From positions 186,001 to 250,000 of the forward strand of contig BDGG01000001.1 in assembly GCA_001949185.1 (NCBI GenBank): a DNA stretch of 64,000 nucleotides. The letters run 5' to 3'. The notes beneath the pieces were generated by a model, which saw only the letters and a list, made by a program, of their open reading frames with translations, did no database searches and had not been told where the DNA came from. A program made the translations under genes and the position numbers. This DNA is from Ramazzottius varieornatus. Taxonomy: Eukaryota; Animalia; Tardigrada. Shown piece by piece: positions 53,843 through 64,000 of this stretch. Each line of letters opens with the position of its first letter. The first letter of the stretch is position 1.

Positions 53843-55711
53843 GTTGGAGCTGTCAGTAGAAACCTTTCTCCAACGAAGGGTATAATTTCTGTAAAAGTCC
53901 AAATATCAATACTTGGATTGCGAACGACGAGTTGTACAACTGCAGCTGTTAAGTTAGCAAGGAGCGCCGTATAAATAGCACCAAGAGAAGCCGCTGTCTT
54001 GCGATATGGGGACGGAAGCGGCGTCATCTCATCTTTCCATTTGGATAAACCTATTCGGCCTGCATCCCGGCCCATTCATTGTCGGCAAATATGGCGCCTG
54101 CAGGTGGTGTCATATCAGTCCTTACGTTCCGTTCCTTGAATTATTCCTTCAACATCTTTTTCATGATTATCAGTAGAAACTCGAATACTTAAGGCAAACG
54201 CCTATCCTACCCAAAATTCCAGGAAACGCTTCCGGCTGTACGTGACTTTACAAACCACGGCTGTCGTATTGCAGTAACTACATGTTCTGTAACAGGTTGA
54301 TCCGCACGCAATTTAATATGTTCCATTAGCCACTGCCATCTCGCTCCATCCAACACCCATTTTCGACAGCTACTTTTTGTGTGCACTGTACACGTCCCTA
54401 ATCGAGAAAACTAGTCAAAAAGATTGATATCGATGGAACGGCATGCATATGCGACGATGTGGAGAACCACAAAATTTAAAGCCAGTGTTGAGGCGAAGAG
54501 GTTATTGCTGTCTCCGCAACCCATCTCATGAACCTACGACAGGTTCGTTTGCCCCAAAAACATTGACTTTTGAACAAAGCAAAAAAAGAACAAAGAACGC
54601 TTGAGTTACGTGAAATGTGGCTATTGGCTCTTTGTGAGTTTCTTATGCTGCTGCATATGGACAAACTGTTGTGGATCGCCATAGTGAAATCTCCGCCTTC
54701 TGACCAGCACTCTAATTGTGTACATTTCGCAGCAGCCACGAACAAGGAGAACTCCTGAAAGCATAGAATCCTACACGCCATACAAACGACCGAAGAGCAA
54801 GCCCGAAAATCACTCTGAAAAAGTTCGAAGAAATTACGGACGATGAAAAAGTTACGTAATTATTCAGAGAATCTAACGTAACATTGGAGCTCGAACGAAG
54901 ATCCAATAATACTTGTGGTAGGTCCACATGCAGTCAGACGAAGAAGATGAAGCAAGTGAAGGCACTGTCAGGATATCCTCTTCCAACATTCCAGCGCATT
55001 TGCGCCCCTCGTTCTTCATTGCCGCGTAAAGAAAACTTGACAGCTCGCGCGCGATTATCAGCACTTTCAAGACCGTTGAGCGGACAGCGTAGGCTTCATA
55101 GGTAACCTGCTGGATCACATCTTCCGCAGCAGAACACAGGCTCTTATTCCGGAAATGCCTGCCGTCGTACATGATCGACAGTCCTTGCCATACCATGAAG
55201 AAAAACAAGACTCTGTAAACGGACACATATAACGCGAACTTGGCCGCGTATGGAAATACATGGCTAGATTTGCTCCAGCGGATGGCAGGAAGGTTTGCTG
55301 GCATTAAAGAAGTGCTTTTGGTAGCTTCCGCCCAGTATCTGCTTTCGGCAAAAAGAGAACAACGTTAAAAACAAGAGCGCGTCTCGAAAAAGGTCACCGC
55401 GCAGATTTCAAGACAGATTTCAGTTCTTCATATTTAAACCCACAGAATAAATTCTACGCCTGGACCTTACATCGCAGTAGCACATCAGCTTTTCATTATT
55501 CATGCCCTGCTGCAATTCGTGATCAATATCAATATATCAGGGACGCTTTACAGGAGCAGCTAATCCCAACAGGGAAGTATCGCAAGACTCTGAACGCAAA
55601 GGCACTCAATGCACTGTGCGCCGATGCGATTCAAATGACACCAAAAATGGAAAACCCGAAGGACAGGCACAGAGAACCTGGGGATATATCATCCAAAGTC
55701 AAAGTCGGCCC

Positions 55712-58700
55712 CTAGCAGCCGGAACGGAGAGCTTCCAGTTCCATCGTGGCATCTTTTATCTGCTGTCTTATTTTGTCCAGGTACAAGTGGGGAGTGATCC
55801 CCGCCGCCGTCAAACGTTCCTTGAATTTAAGTACGCACTTGTACCTGCCTTCCACGTCGGCTAACTTTTGCTTCTCATCGTGCAGCCGGTTCTGAACTCG
55901 TATCAAAAGCTTCTCCGCGTTCTTCGCATCGATGAACACTACGCCAAATAAAAATTAGTTTATTAATAATACAGACATGTGAAAAAAGCGAAGCGTCCAT
56001 AAAATCTGACGGACCGGCAGGTCGACTCTACAAGATCGTTTTTTCAAGTCGCGCACGCTTTTATCAAATTTCGCGGAAAAGGGGCGCCATGTTCAAGCGG
56101 CGCGCCCTTCCGGCTAGAAATACGGAAAACGTGCGCCACTTGAGACAGCGACTTTGCACGTCTCGTTTGTCGACCATCCACCTCACCTTGATCGGCACTC
56201 CTCTCCACGGTCGCCTTTTCATTCGCGAAATTTTCATACACCGTTTCCTGCTCTAGAACCCGAGAAACCGATATTTCATTTCATTACAGTACACCAAAAG
56301 GAGCGAAGTCTTACTTTGCTCAGTCAGTGTACTACTCTGCTCATCTACATCAGGCGTACGTCAGAAAGCCTAAGAAGCCTGCCCGCAGCTCGTGACGGTT
56401 GGTGAGCAAAGTTGTACGCTGAGCAAAGTGAGACCCATCTCCTCGTACTTTTGAGGCCTTCGATGGCTTCAGCCAGCTCCTTCTCCGCCTTCCTCACTGC
56501 CTGTTCAAATTCATTCTCCTTGTCGCGGTACTTTTGATTTAAGCGCACGTTTCTTTCAGTGGCGTCTTTCTCAAAGTTGCCGGTCTGTGCCTTCATGTCT
56601 TCCATAATTTGCGCTTGCTTGGCGTGCTTATGGGTCACATTGCGGTGGATATCTTTGACGGACTCGGATACTTCGTCCACTGCGCGCAGCTTGCAGTACG
56701 CCCGGTCCACTTCGTTCTGGGCGGCGGTGATGGCTTCCTTAAGTTTAGCTGTTCTCCCATGCTGAAATCAACAACTTGTTCGTTACAATCGTTCTAGAAT
56801 GAGACACTGAAATGAATGCTCGGCAAACGAACTCGACCAGATAGTACACATATTAAGTTGCCACCGCCAGATGAAAGTCCGACTGTAGCTAAAATGACTT
56901 GCAACGTCACTGATTAGCGAAGCAACTGATCAGCACTTTGAGTAGTTGGGGAGCCACCATGCTTCTCAATGCTAGCTAACCGTAACTTCGATTACGCTAT
57001 TTTTCGAAAATAAGGGGAGCTCCGGAAAGCAAGATGTAGTTACACGTCACGAAAGGGGCGGAGCAAGGCCGTAGCTACATTTGCAAAGTGAACCGGGGGG
57101 CAACTTAATCTATGCAGTCTTCTATGTGGCGCACGCCTCCAGCCAATAACAATGTGAGCGCGCGCCACTTTGGGAAAGCAGTCAAAGTGGGACAGGTGGT
57201 TTTACCAAGTGGCGCACGCTTCAGCCCATCAAACCGGTAATATACCGCTACTTGCGAAAGCAATCTGGTCGAGCTTGTTCGCTGCTAAAGGCCACTTACG
57301 TATTCCTCGACTTTGTAGGCTTTGTTGTCCTTGTTGAAGCGGTGTCGCTGGTTGGCTTCCTCTCGTCGCTCCCGCACTGCGTCCAGCTTCTGATCCCACT
57401 CTTGTTCGATTAGTGGAGCTTCCTTTCGGATGCAGTCTCGTTTGTGCAGTAGTTCCTTGTTCTCGCTCTGGATACGACAGAGGTCGCCGATGGCTTTCTG
57501 AACTTCCATCTCCATTTTATTCTCACGTTCTTCTAACTCCAGCTTGGCGTCCGTCAATCGATTCTTTATCTTACATATCTGTACAAAAATCCCCATGCGC
57601 TTCCCCCTTCATTTCGTGAATCGCGAAGCGAATTGCTAACTTTGAATTCTTATATGGGTGAGGTTATTGTCACCCAGTAAAACCCAAAAAGGTTATTGTC
57701 ACCCACAAATTAATTCTTTACGACGTTACCGCACACCCAGAAAGGTTACTGGCGCCCAGTTTTTAGCGAATATACGAGGTAAACTCCACAGTTCGGGCGG
57801 GCCAATTTTCCCATCATAATTCGGGCGGCGCGAAAAGTTTATACCTTGGTCAGTATGCTGTATTGATTGATCATCGTACATCGGTTGATACAACTTTAGG
57901 CGTTCCAACATTGAGCAGACCTCTCTTCCTTTCACCGATAACTCCTCAACTCTGTGACATCTTCCTATCTCCATAACTATCACGCGAGATAGAAGAGTGT
58001 CTGTTCTAGCTCGGCGAACAAAAACTAGGCGATTTGGAGCAGAAAGAGTAGAGATACAGACCGTCGGAATTGTGATGGGAAAATCGGTCCGACCGAATTG
58101 TGGAGTTTACCTCGTAGTCCGAAACTTCTTAGAGAGTGAAAGTGGCAGTTAGAATGTTAGATGCGACTCTCGGTCTTCCCTCAGTTGTTGGAAACTGGTC
58201 AAGATGCAGACTCAGAAAACCAGTATGAACATGCGAACGGATCATGTCTCTGTTGAAGTTTGTTGAGGCAGCATTGTTGTTCCCCGAGACAATCTCGACC
58301 GCGCTGGCAATTGCATGCGGTCCACAGTCATATCCGTTTGACTGTTGCTGGACTCTGGGATAGAAAGCTGTTATCTTCGTTCCCCGTGGGCCTGGAATCA
58401 GACCTTGCACACGCACCAAAAGATGGCCAACGATTTCCGGGTCTTTCTGCACAAACGAGTCGTACATGTATAGTTGGTTTTCATTCCAGTCCGTCAAGAT
58501 CCAACGGTCCCCGGAATCATCTTCGTTCCGTCGTTTGTGCAGTATTTGCCCGCCTGGGACTCCGTTCCGGAATCGATGTCTGCGCGGATGATGAAGAAGG
58601 TCTTTAAAGTAGAAGAGACCGTGGTATCCAAAGTTCTTTCTTCGGGCCACGTCTCGTAGCAGATACGTTGCTGCGTTCTGGTGTACTGACTCGAACCAGC

Positions 58701-61700
58701 CCATCCCGCGCATAAGGTTAACTTCGCCTCTGGTGAGACGAAGAACACTCGGATCCACCGACATATCTCGCTCTTCCGGATCAAACGGGGTTGGTGGCGT
58801 CTGAATGTCCACGGGGATCACTCTTACATCGGCTGGCACAGGCTGGTTACCGAAAGCTTTGCTCGGTCACTTGTTTGGGGGGACCCTTTTGTGACTTCTT
58901 GCGCTTATGAGCTGTGCTGGGTGCGTCAGCTTGGGTGGAAGCCTGAGTGTTATTAAAACGAGGTGCGGCTAAGCTTCGTTTCTCCACATAACAACCACAA
59001 GGTCTTTCGACCGTAACCAGTCTTGCGTTGTGCGAGACGACCGGTGAGGCACGATGGTCCACTAGAGCCCAGGGGCTGTCCCTCAGGTGCATCGTTGGGT
59101 TCTTCAGGGTTTTCCGCCCCTTCAGCAGACTCTTCCTCGTCATCCGTTGGATTTTCCAGGTCATCGATGAACTGCTGCGTCACAGTCCGAAAGGTCTCAA
59201 GCCTGCGAGTGAATCTTTCTGGTCCGAGATCGCTCATTCTGGACTCCACCAGCGACATTCACGATGTTCGACTCTCGAGAAAACAATGGCGTAGCAACTT
59301 TTTCTGTAAACTGGGTGTCGATAACCTTACTTGGGTGTAAGTGTTCGTAATCAATTTCCAATTTCAGTGAATGACAATAACTAAAGTGGGTTTCACTAAT
59401 TAATTTTGGTGGGTGATAAATAACCTTAGTGGGTTTTACTGGGTGACAATAACCATTTCCTTCTTATATATCCGTAAATTCAACCGTTTTGTCCAAACTG
59501 TCGTTTGTTCAAACAATCTGCGCAAAATGCAACTTCCCTAATGTCTCCTCAACGAAACAGTGATCGTTTGATTGCTGTGAGCTACTGAAAACCAAGCCTT
59601 CACGGGTAAAAAGTGGGAACTTCCGTCAAATTATTTATAATCAACGGGCAAAACTACTACGTTTCCTCATAAATTAATTTATGAAAAGAAGTACGTTTGG
59701 ACTGATCATCAAAAACACACGGACTGCTGACACGGACGGAGAAACTAAGATTAATTCAAAAATACGAAATATGTTGCTTAACCCCTAACAAGAGGAATAC
59801 GCCAACCGTTAAACTCCGGTACTCGAACCGATATTGCAGGAAGATAGAGGAGAGTTTCCTCTACAGTCTGAGCTATTTACCTAGTCAGAAGAAAAATCCT
59901 GGATGATATTGCGGGATTCAGAATTTACGACTCCGAGTCGCTGCAGTGACATTAGGCTCTCTGATTGGGGATTTAATTGAACTCAAAACTGCTCAGCCGA
60001 TCAGCTGTTTTATCAGGCTTGAACCGGACTGCGTGCCATCGGGCTGGTACACCATTCTGTTCCTAAGTGTCAAAGCAGTTGGTCGGCAGAGTGTCAAAGC
60101 AGTTGGTCGGTATGTTCAATCAGATTACCAATCAAAGAACCTAACGTCACTGCAGCAACACGGAGTCGTAACTTCCGGATCCCGCAATATCATCCAGGAT
60201 TTTTCTTCTGACTAGGTATACAGCTCTGACTGTGGACGAAACTTTCCTCTATCTTCCTGCAATATCGGTTCTAGCATCGGAATTTAACGGTCGGCGTAAT
60301 CCCCTAGTGAGTTAGCAGCAGTAGTAGTGTTCACTGATACAACCATGTGCACGAACTCGTAAGTGATATTTTCCTGCTATATTTAAAAGGTTTTTCAAAA
60401 GAGTGGTATCGGCGAAATTATTCTGAAACGTTTCGCTCGCAAACAAACCAGCCTGAAGTGCATGTTGGTTTTGCGAAAACTTTTGATTTTCACATAGTCC
60501 ACGTCTTCAGCGCTGTCCTTGTGGAGCGCGACACCTCGATAAGACTTGTACAGTACTCAATGTGTCTGATAGTTGGAACCATCTGAGAAGGAATTTTCGA
60601 GAAAGTGCTCAGCTTTTGATTCAACTTGAAAATCGTACCAATTTATATGGATCATCCTGTATGGTAAGACTTTTTTTCGAGGTTCAGAAAATAACCTCTT
60701 TTGCAAAACTAAGCGTATCACACTGTACGTACATCCTTGTCTTTAATACCGAGACCCGCAGCGTGGGCATCCCGCGACTCTTGGAAAGCCTCCACAATGG
60801 CCATCTTGTTTTCGCCGATTTTCTGCGCCACTTGTTCCTTCTCCTTCTGTCCATCGCGGAGCCTTTCATACAAGTCCGTCAGCTGAGTGCGCCGATGGTC
60901 GAGATTGTTGAGATGTCCTTGGTGTTCTTCCTTGGTCTGTTTCAGAAGCGTCTCGGCCACATCCTGAAAACTCACATGGCAAAATTGATATTTTCTGCTA
61001 ATATTTGAGCCTCGAGAGGAGTTAGATACTTACGAGGTCAGTGCGAATCTTGCTCCAGGTGTCTTCGGACTTTAGCGAGTCTAGCTGCAGTTGAAGAGTG
61101 GCAGCTTCTTCGGTCAGCTTGTTCTTTGACTGCTTCAGTGCGTCCAGGTCGCTGAGTTTCTCCACCATGTAATCTATTTCATCACTAATCTTTAACGTGG
61201 AACACAAATGCGCGAATCAGGCAAAAAGGAACGGTAATTGAATTGATCACGCTGTAATAATTTGACTGTAGGGTAGAGCACCTGTTCATCGTAATCCACG
61301 ATTGCCGCCTTCAAACTTCCGAAGTCCAACTGTAATTTTTGAACAGTTCAACATCCGAAAACATCGAGGAAAAAGAGCCTCCCATAATCTGGACAATCGC
61401 AGTTACTTCACGCTGTATTATATTACCTTGATGACTTGTTGGTTTCCGTCCGTCACAGGATCGTTTAAATGTCCGAGATTTTGAATTCGCTTGGCTTTAT
61501 CGTAGAGTTTGGCATCCAATATTTTTGTCATTGTGCTTTAATAATTTACCCAAGTTTCGAAGAATTTCTGGAAAAAAAGAAAACAGTTGTATCAGTAACA
61601 TTCTATCAAACAAACTCAATTTTGGACGAAGAAGATGGTCTCCCACTCTTCAGAATCATCATACTGTATATGTGCAGACCTGGCAACATCCGAATCCCAT

Positions 61701-62074
61701 CTGTCTCCTCAAGGTCAAGCTTGCTCCTAACTTTCCTTCGAAATATAGCATGCGACACCTGCAACAACACAAAGTGGACTTTTCAAATGTAAGACCTCAA
61801 AAGATTAAAAAGAGAATAGCGCAGCATCCACGCATGGTGGTTCATTATGGCGCCATCTGCAGAACGACGCGGACGACTTCTTTGTGGTGAGGGAGCGGTA
61901 AAACTCACGCGCTTCACCACTTCCAAAACCATTGACAGGTTCGAATGGCAGTGGTATTGTGGTGTAGTGGCGGCGGAAGTATCCATGAGTAACCAGGTGG
62001 GTTGGGTCAGCACGGACCTGACCTAACACAGTGGTGAGCACAGCCCTGACTTGCGCATCATCTGATTTTTCCAT
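55712..62074 (-). CDS. Long multi-exon coiled-coil protein (tentatively CCDC178/CCDC175-like)
   Basis: Heptad-rich exons at about 61034-61190, 60733-60965, 57302-57578, 56440-56762 and 55712-55940 with GT-AG borders. The N-terminal FRRHYTTIPLPFEPVN weakly recalls CCDC178. The family call has low confidence. Confidence 0.65.
56027..56175. repeat. AAGTGGCGCAC hairpin-unit repeat cluster (intron)
   Basis: caagatcgttttttcaagtcgcgcacg..caagcggcgcgc..aacgtgcgccacttg. Confidence 0.8.
57118..57275. repeat. AAGTGGCGCAC hairpin-unit repeat cluster (intron)
   Basis: gtggcgcacg..gcgcgccacttt..ccaagtggcgcacgc..cgctacttg..ctggtcgag. Confidence 0.8.
57656..59460 (-). mobile_element. Mutator-like (MULE) non-autonomous DNA transposon carrying a Ulp1-like protease
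   Basis: Perfect 9-bp TSD TTCTTATAT (57647-57655 and 59461-59469). TIRs of about 60 bp: GGGTGAGGTTATTGTCACCCAGTAAAACCCA.. and (reverse complement) GGAAATGGTTATTGTCACCCAGTAAAACCCA.. No DDE transposase ORF is present. Confidence 0.88.
58129..58839 (-). CDS. Ulp1/C48 SUMO-protease-like domain (transposon-borne; catalytic His replaced by Arg)
   Basis: QILH..GDRWIL..YMYDS..QQQSNGYDCGPHAIA..FNRDMIRSHV..FP. Upstream frames 58847-59258 look like frameshifted parts of the same ORF. Confidence 0.8.
   Translation of the reverse strand: MPADVRVIPVDIQTPPTPFDPEERDMSVDPSVLRLTRGEVNLMRGMGWFESVHQNAATYLLRDVARRKNFGYHGLFYFKDLLHHPRRHRFRNGVPGGQILHKRRNEDDSGDRWILTDWNENQLYMYDSFVQKDPEIVGHLLVRVQGLIPGPRGTKITAFYPRVQQQSNGYDCGPHAIASAVEIVSGNNNAASTNFNRDMIRSHVHTGFLSLHLDQFPTTEGRPRVASNILTATFTL
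59540..60659. mobile_element. Second, left-truncated copy of the mariner-type MITE, interrupted by a foldback element
   Basis: 59540-59786 aligns with about 27625-27882 and 60306-60659 aligns with about 27883-28247. It ends GGATCATCCTG|TA. Confidence 0.85.
59791..60305. mobile_element. Foldback-like MITE with TIRs of about 190 bp
   Basis: The left arm (aaccgatattgcaggaagatagagg..cctagtcagaagaaaaatcctggatgatattgcggga..ttacgactccg..ctgcagtgac) is the reverse complement of 60113-60305. The loop holds a 20-bp direct repeat gtgtcaaagcagttggtcgg. Confidence 0.92.
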
Positions 62075-62245
62075 TTTCGGAAAAAGAAATCGGGTTTTTC
62101 ATTGCGCTTTTTACGCGATCTTCCAGTGCCGGTATCATTCAGGACCCTGATCGATCATTCTGGTGGTTTGCGAATTAACAGTTTTGTAGTCTCTTACTTG
62201 ATGAACATTCTTACCAGATTGTCCAGCAACAGCAGAGCCAAAGAG

Positions 62246-64000
62246 ATGGAGAACGAAGAGCAGTGCGACTTATCCGAATGCAAACCATCCATCACCCTCG
62301 TCGACTCCTGCGGACGGGAATTTTTCACCACAGTGACACCTCGGGACATGGATCTCCTCATTAAGTATTCCATACTGATGCGGGCCAAGCAGGAAGCAGC
62401 GGAAGAGTCACTGTACGGTCCCACAAAGAGAAAAATCCGTGAGGAGAAGTCGAAGGAACGAAAAATCAAGGTACGACTCAATGCCGGTATTCTATTTACA
62501 CACAAATCGCACAAGTCACTGACGTCATCCGTTTACTTCCACCCGCTCTCGAGCTAGTGTTCACGATTGCCAAGGCAGTCAAAATTTCCGTCCTCCGTGT
62601 TAGTCGTGATGAACCGGAGATGAATGGAATTACCGCAGCTCGGCCTTCCAGCGTTCTTTCGTGGTCTCTTCTAGAACTTTCTTTTCCCTGAAGCAAAGCA
62701 GGGATTCGCTAAGATTCCACATTGTTTTCTGTACCAATCGAAAGATGAAAGACAACTTTACAACGTCATGAGTTGAGAAGAACTTCAGTGGCATGAGTAG
62801 CCCGGTAACCGTGCCACGTTAAGCCTGTTCGATCTGAAACTTCTGACATGTCACGTGGCTTCTCCTTGTACGTAGGAATGTTTAAGATCACTTGGTGTGC
62901 GCTATTTGATCGAAGCGATAGGCCGAGTGCCGGTGGTGGTTTGTTGACAGTGAATGACGTCATTCATCCATTCATTCCGCTTGATTGTTGATATTTTGGT
63001 TTTCGCAGATGGAAGAATGCTCACCAGAAATTCCTCTGCCAAAAGTCCGCATCGCAAAGAAGGATCTGTTCTTCACATATCCGACGTCAAAGCGAGTACC
63101 CAAACCCAACCGCAAGTACCTGGAAATCCCTGGACCCATTCCCATTGATGAAGCTGGCTCTCCTCCACACTCGTCAGAGTGGGAAAGCGTTGATCTGTCT
63201 ACTGCGGTACGTTTTGTCTCACCTCGTTGAACTCGCGCATCACCCTATGTTAATCTGACGGGTTAAAAGCGTCGGTAGCTGTGCTCCCGCCAGTTTTTGA
63301 TCAATCGGCGCATTGTTTTCTTGCGTTTATATGGTGCTGTGCGCCGGTTGGCCGAGGTCCGTTGAACTCACTCTTCATTTGCGTTTCAGGACATTCCGCC
63401 ACGCATACGTCGCACCTTTCTCGGAACTAAGATTCCTGATACATCTCCAGCGGTAAAACGAGGTAAATACAAGACGAAGAAGAATGGACTACGAGCGGAG
63501 CGAAGTTCACCAGAGATACCAGCGACATCGAAGCCATTCACGTTGCTGGACAGCCTCCGCTGCGATGAAACGCTGGACTCTCCAGGAAACTCACAAACGG
63601 TAAACCAGCCGTTCCTTTGATTTTTTCCTTTCTTTAATGTTTATTCTTTCAGCTCTTAGCTGTGTTCGAGGACAAAGAGCTGTTGGACAACGGCCGGCAT
63701 GGAATGCCTCCGACGTCGGACGATCATAACTACGCCACGAAGATCTCGCGCACGTTGAAGCTGAGTCGACGCCAGGCCGGCCACGAAGACATCCCGCCAC
63801 CTCTCCCAAACATTAGGCTTCCCTCTATCAAGATCAAGATTCCAAAGTTGAAGAAGATGAAGCTCGGGGTAAGTAAACTCGTTAGCCGAGACTGGAAATC
63901 ACAAATCGATCAGTTCGTGTACCGCATGCACGTGCGTACGTGGGAAACATTGTGGGCGTATGGCTCGCTGTACATAGGTGCTTGAGTTATGGCTCGAATG
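62246..64000 (+). CDS. Uncharacterised basic/Pro-rich protein, 5' part; runs off the right edge
   Basis: Exons at about 62246-62470, 63009-63206, 63390-63599 and 63660-63868 with GT-AG borders; divergent from the coiled-coil gene. Confidence 0.6.

Noticed and set aside
54476-55370. 143-aa - strand ORF and a stop-riddled coding-like + strand stretch
   Set aside because: I cannot assign a family. It looks like an unidentifiable relic, so it is not called.
49087-59460. SUMO E3 ligase plus SUMO protease as a functional cluster
   Set aside because: The protease sits inside a TSD-flanked transposon in another gene's intron, so the proximity is most likely chance.
55712-62074. Coiled-coil protein as a tardigrade CAHS/LEA stress protein
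   Set aside because: No CAHS or LEA motifs are seen. Its length and heptad pattern fit an ordinary long coiled coil.

Overview
This is a gene-dense eukaryotic (invertebrate animal) window with short GT-AG introns, mostly about 55-100 nt. Gene content (motile-cilium genes, cofactor-independent PGM) and intron style suggest a tardigrade such as Ramazzottius; that assignment is inference only. Genes, left to right: enkurin (partial), a very short CNOT3 NOT-box-only gene, NAC-alpha, a p62/SQSTM1-like PB1-ZZ gene ending in a NAC-alpha-type UBA, a full ABCC/MRP transporter, and a decayed zone (EGF-repeat pseudogene, LRR pseudogene, DIRS/Ngaro tyrosine-recombinase relics). Then CFAP70, three orphan genes, DNAL1, iPGM, an AIFM3-like gene, a TSP1-LamG type-I membrane protein, a PIAS/Siz-like SP-RING protein, a PAN-domain gene, a long coiled-coil gene and a partial orphan. 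Mobile DNA: a mariner-type MITE in two copies, a long-TIR foldback element nested in one copy, a 1.8-kb Mutator-like element with a 9-bp TSD carrying a Ulp1-type protease ORF, and a tandem mini-MITE. The best candidates for something new are (1) an approximately 80-bp hairpin-unit repeat (core CAAGTGGCGCACG...CGTGCGCCACTTG with variable spacers) found in about 14 intronic or intergenic clusters, (2) the p62/NAC-alpha chimera, (3) the Ulp1-carrying MULE and (4) the NOT-box-only CNOT3. Exon structures were read by eye. Family assignments come from recalled motifs, not database searches.
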